Positions 23,308 through 32,583 of a DNA stretch of 39,826 nt are shown piece after piece. Position 1 is the stretch's first letter, and each line of letters starts with the position of its first letter. This stretch comes from a virus (lineage: Duplodnaviria; Caudoviricetes): positions 1 through 39,826 of the IMG/VR virus record IMGVR_UViG_3300020045_011686. The stretch is one strand, 5' to 3'. The position numbers were made by a program, and so were the translations under genes. Below the pieces are notes generated by a model. That model saw only the letters and a list, made by a program, of their open reading frames with translations, did no database searches and had not been told where the DNA came from.

Positions 23308-25039
23308 CTTTTCGTCCAGTTTTTATTCCATCAATAATAAACCCATTGAAGATAGGAATGTGGTGGCGTTCGGTGTTTGAAACGCGAAACCCAATACGAA
23401 ACCACTTGTCGTAAGGTAGTTTAAGATAGTCGTTCGTAACACTATTGACCCCAAGTGTTCGATAGTCTGAGATACCCTGTTCGTCCTCGATACGATACTC
23501 AACGTTCCAATGCCCTCGTTCGGCAAACACCCTCACTCCAGAGGCGGATTTAATGAGATGCGGAGAACCTATACTATACAAAGGAGTTTCGATAAACGCG
23601 GATACGGGAGTTCCTGTATTGTCGGAGATTCGTGTAAGCACATCTTCACCTCGTGTTACCGCGTCATTGTCGATATACTTGTTTGAGAATAGTCGGTAGA
23701 GTTTTCCTGCGCTATCGCCCCATAGAACATTTTCAACGGAGAGGACGTTGTTTACATTCCCTTGTGTGTTCGCGAGCGCGTTCCCCGAAAATGCCATACG
23801 CGTTGAGGTAAAACTCTTCATATTGGTAAGCCCCTCGTATGTCGTCCAGTTTTTTAACTTTGTATCGTATACAAGCACCACCCCGTTACGTGATGTGGGG
23901 CTCGTAATGTTCCCGATAAAGAGCAAGTACTGTCCTTCGTATTGTGCGCTGTATGTATTCACTACCACGCGTTCCACGAAGGTATCGTAATTCGGCACAA
24001 AATTATCGATATAGTCTTTTACGGGGTCGGAAATACGTACCCACTCGGAACCCGAACCCACGAACACTCCTGCGGGGCAGAACGTGTATAGTAAACCCCC
24101 AATTTCCTGAACAACAAAGTGGTTGTACGCCCCGACCTCCGAAGAAAGTTCCTGCATTGAGGAGATATTATATGAGAATGTTCGATTCAACTTGAATATA
24201 AAGAGTGTTTCTTTGTATTCTTTTAATCCAGTAATCTCACCTCCTTCCGCACTTTCCACATCGAAGAAGTTTGATACGTCCCAACTTGTAGAGTCACCGA
24301 GGTCAGAGAACGAAACACGTACTGGAGAACCGTTCCGTGCTGCGGCACCATCTGAACCACCTGAACCCGCAACGTAAATACGGTCTTTATAGTTTGTTGC
24401 AAATATTCCAGCGGGTGCATCATCGTCAGAAACGGCAGTAAAGGAAGTCCCGTCCCATGTATGAGAACCTGCACGACCATTGACGAAAATCTTATTGTTT
24501 ATCATTGCTGAGTAAAACCCTGAACGGTAATCCCCGCCAGAAAGCGTGACATTTACGAGCTGATTTACTCCCGTTGTTGCGGTGTGTGCCGAGGTAATAC
24601 CCGTAACTCCTGTAAACGTTGTTGCCCCTTTTCCTGTGTATGTAATCACATCTCCGTCAATTTCAATGGTTCCACTTGAAGCGAATGCAGAGGTATCTTC
24701 AACAGTAATGGTGGTGTCTCCAACTGCGACGGCGGCATCAAGTTGTGTACCAACAATGTTATAAATATCCCCAGTGGAGACATCAGTACGAACAAGCCAT
24801 TGCCAACGCGTGTAACCTGAACCTAAATTGTTTATCCCGAATGCCGGAGAGGCACCAATAGTCCCCGCCAACGTGTTTCCAAACTGTTGCCAACCCCGTA
24901 TTTTCTTCACCCGTCCCTGCTCATCGATGTTCACATTTACCGCATCGGAGAGCATGTTTTCCTTTTTCAGGAGGTCGGGAATATCCCGACGTACTCCGCC
25001 AGAGAAATCAAGCACCGCGAACGTATCTGACTGTGGCAT
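23291..25039 (-). CDS. tail nozzle / stabilisation protein (P22 gp10-, T7 gp12-like)
   Basis: N-terminal DFSGG...AVNVNIDEQGRVKKIRG; propeller-like YKDRIYV, VSFSD, GEITGL repeats; follows adaptor. Confidence 0.65.
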   Translation of the reverse strand: MPQSDTFAVLDFSGGVRRDIPDLLKKENMLSDAVNVNIDEQGRVKKIRGWQQFGNTLAGTIGASPAFGINNLGSGYTRWQWLVRTDVSTGDIYNIVGTQLDAAVAVGDTTITVEDTSAFASSGTIEIDGDVITYTGKGATTFTGVTGITSAHTATTGVNQLVNVTLSGGDYRSGFYSAMINNKIFVNGRAGSHTWDGTSFTAVSDDDAPAGIFATNYKDRIYVAGSGGSDGAAARNGSPVRVSFSDLGDSTSWDVSNFFDVESAEGGEITGLKEYKETLFIFKLNRTFSYNISSMQELSSEVGAYNHFVVQEIGGLLYTFCPAGVFVGSGSEWVRISDPVKDYIDNFVPNYDTFVERVVVNTYSAQYEGQYLLFIGNITSPTSRNGVVLVYDTKLKNWTTYEGLTNMKSFTSTRMAFSGNALANTQGNVNNVLSVENVLWGDSAGKLYRLFSNKYIDNDAVTRGEDVLTRISDNTGTPVSAFIETPLYSIGSPHLIKSASGVRVFAERGHWNVEYRIEDEQGISDYRTLGVNSVTNDYLKLPYDKWFRIGFRVSNTERHHIPIFNGFIIDGIKTGRKDDITR

Positions 25040-26475
25040 TACCCTATCGATTTAGGAAACTGGTTTGGGTCGACAAACGGAAGGAGCGTATCTCCGATGA
25101 CTTCACGCGCGTCCTTCACCCTCCCAAATTGTGACGTTTGTTTCAAGGCGTACTTCTCTTTGAGTTCCTTGAGTCCGCGTTCAAATCGGCTCTCAAGAGA
25201 GGTGAGAAGTTCTGACTTATTCACAAGTGGTGCAAGGTCGATTGACGCCCGTAAAGCCAGCACGTCGGGTTCGGGAATTGATGTACGCGCTTGAGTTTCC
25301 AATATATCCGTTGGTTCAACGTGTCCTGAATATACGATATCCCTCTCGGTAACTGTTGCTCCGTCCGAGTGTGTGGCAGCGGTTGTCCCCTCTTGCCCAC
25401 GAAGACATCCTGTAAATGTGGTTGAGGTGGAACCTGTGGCATAAATGACCTCTGAGTCAACGATGAATCGGTAGTAATCTCCACGATTGAATGAGGAGGT
25501 AGCCGCGACAGTGATGGTAGTAGCGGTTGTTGAACTTATCGCCGCACCCAAGGTGGTGGTAGAAGCGGAAGATGTAGGACGCGGCCAGACAAGCATTTGG
25601 TTGTTGAAGATAACCGCATGCGTGGGGTCTGCGGAGGTTTGGTCGGTATCCCAATGAGCGAGTTTCCACCAACTCCAGTTCTTCATTATGAGTGGCTGGG
25701 TATCAAATACTACGTTATGAATTTTCTGCACCGTTGATGGAATATCATACGCAAACTGGTTGGCAACGGAAGAGAAACTTCTCTCTACCTCATAGAATGA
25801 CCAGAAGGTTTGGTGTGCAATATCGCGTTGCCCGTCATTTAAGGCATCGTCAATCATCTTGTCGGTGAGTTTGCGGTCATCCAGTTCATCAAGCAATCTC
25901 CGAACCTTTCTTCGCAGCATGAACAGGGTGCGTGGGTCACGAGAAGAGCCCTGACCCGATTCCTCATAATTGACCCCATCAGAGTACGAGGAGAATGTTC
26001 CTGTGGTTTGGTTGTTAAATCGTACAAACCCATACCCTGTACTGTTGGTTACGTCTTCGTATCGTGTAAACAGGTCGTCGGGTTGGATTCGGTTGGTTGC
26101 AAGAACCGATACTCCCGAGGTGGAGTCGGTGGAATTGCGTGAGAACTCCACACGGTTGAAATCAAGGCGGTAAATTGGGGTACCGATAGGATGGTCAAAA
26201 CGACACCCAAAAGCAGAACCCTCGCGGTCAACTACAATCGCCGTCGCCGATGAAACCGCGGCATTTACTTGCATAATTTCCGTAGTGTCCTCACCGAAGT
26301 TTCCTATGAGCATATAGTCATTGTCTGCCCATACGTCAGAAGAGGTTCCAGCAGGAGCCAAATCAGAGGATGCAACAGTAAGCGTCGTTGATGAACCGCC
26401 AGCGGTTACGGCGGCGGTGAGAAACGTCCGTTCGCGGTCTTCGATAAGGGCTCCATTGTATACTTTGAGCAACAT
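25039..26475 (-). CDS. head-tail adaptor-like protein with extra beta domains
   Basis: TLFMLRRKVRRLLDE...IDDALNDGQRDI...YDIP adaptor-like segment; ATG 26475. Confidence 0.6.
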   Translation of the reverse strand: MLLKVYNGALIEDRERTFLTAAVTAGGSSTTLTVASSDLAPAGTSSDVWADNDYMLIGNFGEDTTEIMQVNAAVSSATAIVVDREGSAFGCRFDHPIGTPIYRLDFNRVEFSRNSTDSTSGVSVLATNRIQPDDLFTRYEDVTNSTGYGFVRFNNQTTGTFSSYSDGVNYEESGQGSSRDPRTLFMLRRKVRRLLDELDDRKLTDKMIDDALNDGQRDIAHQTFWSFYEVERSFSSVANQFAYDIPSTVQKIHNVVFDTQPLIMKNWSWWKLAHWDTDQTSADPTHAVIFNNQMLVWPRPTSSASTTTLGAAISSTTATTITVAATSSFNRGDYYRFIVDSEVIYATGSTSTTFTGCLRGQEGTTAATHSDGATVTERDIVYSGHVEPTDILETQARTSIPEPDVLALRASIDLAPLVNKSELLTSLESRFERGLKELKEKYALKQTSQFGRVKDAREVIGDTLLPFVDPNQFPKSIG

Positions 26476-26482
26476 GAATTTA

Positions 26483-29400
26483 TTATAACCTAGTTGTTTG
26501 TTTAATCTCAATAATGGGGTTAATGCGGTGTATTTCGAGGATGGGTATTCGGGGGGTAATTTCAAGAACTGGGGTCATCTGAGGCGGTGCGGTAGTGGTG
26601 GATGAGGTTGAAGATGAGGTGCTTGAGGTTGTGGAAGTCGAACTTGACGTACTCGTCGACGACGAGGTGGAGGAAGTTGAACTCGAAGTTGATGTCGACG
26701 AAGAAGTCGAAGAGCTGGTACTTGAGGAGGAAGATGTAGATGAGGTCGAAGACGTTGTACTGCTTGATGAAGTTGTGCTTGATGTAGATGACGAGGTTGA
26801 TGTACTCGAGGACGTCGAACTTGTCGTGCTCGAGGTGGACGATGAAGTGTTGCTTGTCGTTGACGACGATGAGGAAGAGGTGCTTGATGTTGTTGAAGAG
26901 GTAGATGACGAGCTCGAGGTTGACGTTGAACTTGACGACAAACTCGTAGTTGTTGATGAGGTCGACGTACTACTCGATGAAGACGATGTACTGCTCGACG
27001 TAGAAGACGATATTGATGAAGTTGAGCTTGAAGTCGAAGAAGAAGTTGATGACGAAGTTGAGGAGGTAGAACTAGACGTTGATGATGAAGTTGATGTACT
27101 TGTGGATGTTGAAGACGAGGTACTACTTGAGGTTGAACTACTCGTCGAAGTAGAGGTGCTGGTACTACTACTTGACGTAGAAGAACTTGTGCTCGTTGAA
27201 GTCGATGACGAAGAACTTGAGGACGTAGAAGTAGACGTGCTCGTAGAAGTTGAGGTTGAGCTAGAGGTTGTGTTCGTCGATGTTGTACTTGAAGAACTTG
27301 ATGACGATGAAGTGCTGGTAGAGGTTGATGTGGATGTAGAGGTGCTCGTCGATGTACTCGATGAGGTTGAAGTACTGCTTGAGCTTGTTGAAGACGATGT
27401 ACTGCTCGATGTCGATGTGCTGGTGCTCGTTGATGAAGAAGTGCTTGAAGACGACGTTGTTCCACCACCAGCGGTTGTCGTTGAAGACGAACTCGAAGAA
27501 CTCGAACTTGATGTTGATGTCGAGGTGGACGTTGACGTTGAGGTCGTTGTTCCTGCGTTTATTGTCCATCCGCTCCCAGCAGTTGCGGTCGATTGATTGT
27601 CGGTACTATTAAATGCGTACCAAGTGCTTGCTGGTGTGGCTACGGAATGTTGAATATTAAGATAGTACGCATATACCACTCCGCCTCCCGCTTTCGTGAG
27701 CGCGTGTGTAGCGGTGGTGTTAGAACCTATTGAGATAAGGTTCCCCGAACTCCCTGATACCGTCCATGTGGTTATAGTTTGAGTCGTCCCTGCGGTGAAG
27801 GCTATGGTATGCGCGGCAGTTCCTGTGTCTTTAAACTCACTGAATGTGTTCGAGCCAGTGATAGTATTTGTTGCGGTTGACGCATCACGAGCAAACCAGA
27901 CGACATTATATGTTGTTGCGCTGTTGCCCGCGAATGTAATTGCGGTATTCGATGTATTGGTAAACTTAATTGTTCCTGTGTTGGCGGTTAGCGTCCCTGC
28001 TGTTTTATTCCATGCTGTTCCTGTGCCAGTGAGCGTAACTATGGAACTCCCCATAGTAAGCGTTCCAAATCCGAGAATAAATGACGCGCTTGTGATGCTA
28101 TTGTTTTGTGTATTGAGTATTCCGGAAGAAATCTGTATAAGATTAGTGCTTGTTAGGGCATCTTGCATGGTCAGTGTGTTGCCCGCAGCTTTCTGGATAT
28201 ATAGTTGAACGGTAAACGAAACGCCTGCCGTGGTAAGTGTTCCGTTGCCCCGATGTTCAATGAGAAATGCTGCTGTCCCCGTCATCGTCATGCCAGTTTC
28301 CAGTGTGAGCGAACCAAATATACGTCGCGTTCCCGTTCCGAGCGCAAACGTCGGGCTGTTTAACACCCCCGTACAGTCAATGGACGCGGCGACAAGGTGT
28401 TGATTTACCGTAATAGTGCGACTCCCCGATGTTATCGAATATTGGTCGATAACCACTGTATCGTGACAAAGAGGAACCGTCGCTCCTGTTGAGCCATTCG
28501 ATGTAGCAGACCAACTTGAAGTTGCATTCCAGTTTCCCCCCGAAGTCGCCATCCAATAACGTGTTACTGGTGTCGTAAACGTAATACCAGAATTCCCTCC
28601 CGCATTCCCAACGGAAGCCCCTGAAAGGGTTATGCCCGAAATGGTTATGTCCTGCCAATCGGTATTATCAGCATTGGTGACGGCATTGGTGACAGAAAAT
28701 GTACGCGTACCCGTGTACGCATTAGAATATAGATATAGACGATTGGTAATGGAATTCCCCGATGGCGCGAATGTGGTAATAGTTTGATTTCCAGAAAACG
28801 TCATCGCCCCGAGCGAGCCTGTTGATGTTATGGTGAGTGAAGCAAACGTGTTCGCACCAGTCATGCTTCCCGCTGCCGTCAGGTTGGTTATCTGAACATC
28901 GTTATAGGAAAGACCACCGCCCGCGAATGACGGTTGTGCGCCATTCAATATAATGGTGGCCGACGCGCCACTCCACGTGAGGTTTGATGTCGTAGCGAAC
29001 GACCACCCTGAAGTCGCTGACTGACAGTACAAAGTTGCAGCACCGAGAGTGAGCGAACGGGTGTTTGAGTTATTACTGTTCCACGTTCCCGCGTATACGG
29101 TTTGTCCATTCACGTCAAGCGTTCCCTTTGTGAGGGTAATGGTGTTTGCAGTAGAACCCGCACCTGTTCCCCATGCACCCGTCAACTGCCAATTTCCGTT
29201 CGATGTAGCATTGAATGTTGCGTTGCCAGTCACTTTACCTGCAAAATCGACGGTTTGTGTCGTTGATGAGGTCGATACGAAGTTAATTGCCGATGACGTA
29301 GAACTTCCTGCGTTGTAGGTCATTCCTGAAACGAATTTCAGTGCGACATTTGATGCGCCCGCAGTAGCGTCACCGATAGTCAGTGTTACCGAAGCGCTAT

Positions 29401-29626
29401 GCGTAATGGTATTTGTGTACCCCGTGAAGTTTATCGAACGGCAAACGGGTGAGCCGTTAATAGTACAGTTTGACGCACCAGTCCCTACGCCATCGAAAAA
29501 TACGTCATCTGCGGCCGTAGGCACCGCAGCATTGTCTTGGGTATTCGAAGCAGTACCCCAGTTGGTGTTTCCTGTGGCGTCCCAGTTTGCGGATGAGCCG
29601 CCTGCAACCCAATAGCGTGCCGCCAA
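26483..29626 (-). CDS. beta-helix adhesin/tailspike-like protein with ~320-aa Ser/Thr tract
   Basis: Likely TTG start 29626 (MAARYWVAGG); two RYW...NW...VP..DDV units; T/G/N-rich beta repeats; S/T tract ~26590-27550; C-terminal PVLEITPRIPILEI. Confidence 0.75.
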   Translation of the reverse strand: MAARYWVAGGSSANWDATGNTNWGTASNTQDNAAVPTAADDVFFDGVGTGASNCTINGSPVCRSINFTGYTNTITHSASVTLTIGDATAGASNVALKFVSGMTYNAGSSTSSAINFVSTSSTTQTVDFAGKVTGNATFNATSNGNWQLTGAWGTGAGSTANTITLTKGTLDVNGQTVYAGTWNSNNSNTRSLTLGAATLYCQSATSGWSFATTSNLTWSGASATIILNGAQPSFAGGGLSYNDVQITNLTAAGSMTGANTFASLTITSTGSLGAMTFSGNQTITTFAPSGNSITNRLYLYSNAYTGTRTFSVTNAVTNADNTDWQDITISGITLSGASVGNAGGNSGITFTTPVTRYWMATSGGNWNATSSWSATSNGSTGATVPLCHDTVVIDQYSITSGSRTITVNQHLVAASIDCTGVLNSPTFALGTGTRRIFGSLTLETGMTMTGTAAFLIEHRGNGTLTTAGVSFTVQLYIQKAAGNTLTMQDALTSTNLIQISSGILNTQNNSITSASFILGFGTLTMGSSIVTLTGTGTAWNKTAGTLTANTGTIKFTNTSNTAITFAGNSATTYNVVWFARDASTATNTITGSNTFSEFKDTGTAAHTIAFTAGTTQTITTWTVSGSSGNLISIGSNTTATHALTKAGGGVVYAYYLNIQHSVATPASTWYAFNSTDNQSTATAGSGWTINAGTTTSTSTSTSTSTSSSSSSSSSSTTTAGGGTTSSSSTSSSTSTSTSTSSSTSSSTSSSSTSTSSSTSTSTSTSTSTSTSTSSSSSSSSTTSTNTTSSSTSTSTSTSTSTSSSSSSSTSTSTSSSTSSSSTSTSTSTSSSTSSSTSSSTSTSTSTSSSTSSSTSSTSSSTSSSTSSSTSSISSSTSSSTSSSSSSTSTSSTTTSLSSSSTSTSSSSSTSSTTSSTSSSSSSTTSNTSSSTSSTTSSTSSSTSTSSSTSSTTSSSSTTSSTSSTSSSSSTSSSTSSSTSTSSSTSSTSSSTSTSSSTSTTSSTSSSTSSTTTAPPQMTPVLEITPRIPILEIHRINPIIEIKQTTRL

Positions 29627-29627
29627 C

Positions 29628-29909
29628 TTAGTGTAGTTGAGCCTGTAATTCCGCTTTCTCTTGCGTGAGTTCTGCCACCATGCGTTCTTTTTCGGCGATA
29701 AGTATTTCAATCTCCTCTTTTGTTGGGACGGGTTTGGGTGGAGGATTTTCCACAAAAGCAACCCAGTCGTTTACCCTCTTTTGTTTCAGCGCATCGATGT
29801 CTTTTTGTTGTAGTTTCGCGTACTCTGCTTCAGTGAAGTAGAGCGTGTCGCGGTATTCACCATGAGAAGTTTGTTCGGTGAATTGAAGTTGTATGCGGAT
29901 GGTGTCCAT
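29628..29909 (-). CDS. small protein with C-terminal coiled coil
   Basis: 93 aa, packed between the two large S/T genes; possible chaperone. Confidence 0.7.
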   Translation of the reverse strand: MDTIRIQLQFTEQTSHGEYRDTLYFTEAEYAKLQQKDIDALKQKRVNDWVAFVENPPPKPVPTKEEIEILIAEKERMVAELTQEKAELQAQLH

Positions 29910-29912
29910 AGA

Positions 29913-31388
29913 TTAAGATTTAACGACTTCTAATATTGGTATTCTAGCGCGAATTTCAAGTTCGGGGATGATAAAGGGATGTCCCGTTGTGGTGGAAGAG
30001 GTTGAACTACTGCTGGAACTTGTCGATGTACTTGTTGAGGTGGTAGTGGTACTTGAGCTTGTTGAGGAGCTTGTGGAGGTCGTTGACGTACTCGTCGATG
30101 TGGAACTTGAGGTGCTTGTACTCGTTGAGGTTGAAGAAGATGTAGAGGTTGAAGTTGATGACGATGTAGATGATGAGGTTGACGATGAGGTCGACGATGA
30201 AGAAAGCGATGTTGTTGTGCTGGTTGATGTTGATGATGAAGACGACGTTGATGTCGAAGAAGAGGTGGTGCTTGAAGTTGACGAGGAGGTGCTTGTTGAG
30301 GTCGAGGTAGATGAACTACTTGAACTTGTCGATGAGGACGTCGTTGAACTGGTTGATGACGATGTAGATGATGAGGTTGACGATGAGGTCGACGATGAAG
30401 TAGAGGTTGATGTACTCGTGGAAGTACTCGTCGATGTGGAAGTCGAAGTTGTGGTTGTTGCTGCGGCATGAGTAACAACTAATTTAGGGTCAGTGGTAGT
30501 TCCTGCGGTGTCTGCGGATACTCCGTCAGCGTTACAGCTCGTGTTCGCCGCCCACGTGGGTTCGGTGTTACTTGCGTCACCAGAGATTCGATATCCGAAC
30601 TTCGTAATACCCGTTTTGGATATATTTGAAATCCCCGTGGCATTGAGCGTGAAATCGTTATACGCAACCGTGCTCCACGCGGAGACGGCGATGTTGTTCG
30701 CCTGTGCGGTTGTTCCCATTTGGTCATAATCTGCCGAAGCAAGCGCGGTGTTTGACGCTGGGGTCGTCGTGACCATAACAACAGACTGAGAAAAATTGTC
30801 TGCCGTTGCCGCTCCGTAAATAGAGTACACAGCAGCTGATATTGTGTCGGTGTCGGGGAGTGATGAGGTATCGAACAATGTGAACCCTCGCGCCATTTGG
30901 TTCCAATGTCCGCTTGTCGCGTTGGTGGAAATACTTACGTTCAACGCCGTGCCCGTATCTGAGGCCGCCGTCCCGTCCGCAGCGTCATGGATATCTGACC
31001 ATATTTGGTCGACACTTGTTCTCCATACATATCCGTCCACTGATGTACTTTCGGGACTGGGGTCAGGATAAAAGGTTGAATCGGTATTAAGAAAAAGAGG
31101 CACTCTTGCCGGTGAAATCATTGCGCCTCTTCCACGTATCAGATTCGCTCGTTTCATCCACCACGCCAACCACCCATAATCAATGGGGTAGAGATACCAC
31201 TCATCCTTGAGAATCATCCATCCGTTTCCGAATTGTCCATCGGTTATCTCTCCAAGGTCTCTCCACGAACCATCCGTAGACTTATAGTGAATGGGTTTGA
31301 CGTGAAACTCCGTGTCAATTTGCCCATCAGCGCGTAGCCATGACTTTGAGTTGTACGTTCGTTTACTGGTGAGTTCAAACAATCTCAT
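29913..31388 (-). CDS. DNRLRE/CBM96-like domain protein with ~155-aa Ser/Thr tract
   Basis: RGFTLFDTSSLPDTDTISAAVYSIY motif; S/T tract ~29987-30459; C-terminal PELEIRARIPILEV. Confidence 0.7.
   Translation of the reverse strand: MRLFELTSKRTYNSKSWLRADGQIDTEFHVKPIHYKSTDGSWRDLGEITDGQFGNGWMILKDEWYLYPIDYGWLAWWMKRANLIRGRGAMISPARVPLFLNTDSTFYPDPSPESTSVDGYVWRTSVDQIWSDIHDAADGTAASDTGTALNVSISTNATSGHWNQMARGFTLFDTSSLPDTDTISAAVYSIYGAATADNFSQSVVMVTTTPASNTALASADYDQMGTTAQANNIAVSAWSTVAYNDFTLNATGISNISKTGITKFGYRISGDASNTEPTWAANTSCNADGVSADTAGTTTDPKLVVTHAAATTTTSTSTSTSTSTSTSTSTSSSTSSSTSSSTSSSTSSTTSSSTSSSSSSTSTSTSTSSSTSSTTSSSTSTSSSSSTSTSTTTSLSSSSTSSSTSSSTSSSTSTSTSSSTSTSTSTSSSTSTSTSTTSTSSSTSSSTTTTSTSTSTSSSSSSTSSTTTGHPFIIPELEIRARIPILEVVKS
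30154..30400. repeat. 49-bp exact direct repeat in S/T tract
   Basis: 30154-30202 is identical to 30352-30400. Confidence 0.85.
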
Positions 31389-31861
31389 CGGATGAGTATG
31401 ATTCCCGGTAATCGTTGCGCCCACCAAGACTGCGGTTGAACGGTTTTGTGATATGGCGGTTCAGGTTTTGAGCAAATCCTTGCATATATACATTTTCCCA
31501 CACGTTGCATCTCTTGGAAAACTTGGTCTATCTCACTTTCATCAAGATGTTCAAAAAAGTCTGTTGAAACAACCACATCAAATGACTTGTCGGGGAATGG
31601 TAAATTACTTGCTGATACAATGATTGTTCGTTCTTTCGCAACCGATAACTCCATTACATCGGCAGAGATATCGGTACCCCACGCATCCATTCCACGGTCA
31701 TTTAATGCCCTTACCAAATATCCCAACCCGCACCCCACGTCGAGTACCTTTGAACCAACGGGGATACGACAAATAACTCGCATTGCGAGGTCTCCGCGTG
31801 ATTCGTATTTCACGCGTTTTTTGTGGTATTTCTTATCGTATAAATTCTTGGTGCGTACCAT
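31385..31861 (-). CDS. class I SAM-dependent methyltransferase
   Basis: VLDVGCGLG, GTDIS, LPFPDKSFDVVVSTDFFEHL. Confidence 0.85.
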   Translation of the reverse strand: MVRTKNLYDKKYHKKRVKYESRGDLAMRVICRIPVGSKVLDVGCGLGYLVRALNDRGMDAWGTDISADVMELSVAKERTIIVSASNLPFPDKSFDVVVSTDFFEHLDESEIDQVFQEMQRVGKCIYARICSKPEPPYHKTVQPQSWWAQRLPGIILIR

Positions 31862-32531
31862 CGCGAAGTGTTCGTTGAACGGTAATCGGTGCCTTGAAAT
31901 CGTACCCCTTGCGAAGTCCAATATCTTTTGCCATGTCTCGTGGTGTAACCACCATGAAGTATCCTTTTGAAATAAATTTGTCGTTAAACTTCGAGCCCGC
32001 GATGCGGTGATAAATAAACTCCCCAATATCGTAGAAATCTTTTCGTCTCACTACGAAACAATTTGACCCTGCACGAGTATTTAGACGATACCGTTCACCG
32101 TCAATTTCAAGAGACCCTATATCGTATCGTTTTGCCATCACGCCGGGGTATTGAATGGGGGTTACAAGATATTTTCTATCGGGGAACTTTTCAAAAACCT
32201 TCAAACACTTTTCGAGCCAACCCGATTCGCACACAATGTCGTTATCAACGAACGCGATATATTCTCCCTTCGCCTGTGAAACTCCTTGGTTTCTCGCATG
32301 GGCGAAGTGCATATTTCTTGCATTGCGTATGTAACATTGTATTTCCCCGCCCTGCGTCTTCTCTAAAAAATAGGCACTATCGGCAAGATTCTCCCCGTTA
32401 TCGACCACGATAACCTCTTGACGACCATGTAGTGTACTTAAAAGCGATTCAAGTGATTCTCGAGCGAGTTTGCTTCGTTCTTCGTTCATCGCCCAATGTA
32501 CAAAAACCACCGATACCATCTTCTCTTCCAT
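31833..32531 (-). CDS. glycosyltransferase family 2
   Basis: VSVVFVHW, VIVVDNG, FAHARNQG, AFVDND (DxD). Confidence 0.9.
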   Translation of the reverse strand: MEEKMVSVVFVHWAMNEERSKLARESLESLLSTLHGRQEVIVVDNGENLADSAYFLEKTQGGEIQCYIRNARNMHFAHARNQGVSQAKGEYIAFVDNDIVCESGWLEKCLKVFEKFPDRKYLVTPIQYPGVMAKRYDIGSLEIDGERYRLNTRAGSNCFVVRRKDFYDIGEFIYHRIAGSKFNDKFISKGYFMVVTPRDMAKDIGLRKGYDFKAPITVQRTLRDGTHQEFIR

Positions 32532-32542
32532 GTTGATATGAT

Positions 32543-32577
32543 ACAACACCCGCGTCACAAGGAAACGCGGGTGTTGT
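32543..32577. other. perfect 13-bp inverted repeat
   Basis: ACAACACCCGCGT-9nt-ACGCGGGTGTTGT, intergenic, no U tract on the sense strand. Confidence 0.8.
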
Positions 32578-32583
32578 GAACAA

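Noticed and set aside
26575-27468. Same-strand alternative-frame R/Q/H/L/P ORFs over the S/T tracts (also 29930-30478)
   Set aside because: Shadow frames of low-complexity S/T codons; no start context or slippery site seen
26595-27596. Long antisense V/D/E/L-only ORFs opposite the S/T tracts (also 29968-30471 and 32576-32854)
   Set aside because: Forced by the code: in that register TCN, ACN and AGY codons read as GAN, GTN and CTN on the other strand, so no stop can occur; not evidence of real acidic proteins
29627-29761. N-terminal extension of the 1092-aa ORF
   Set aside because: Overlaps the credible 29628-29909 gene; TTG at 29626 gives the typical MAARYWV start
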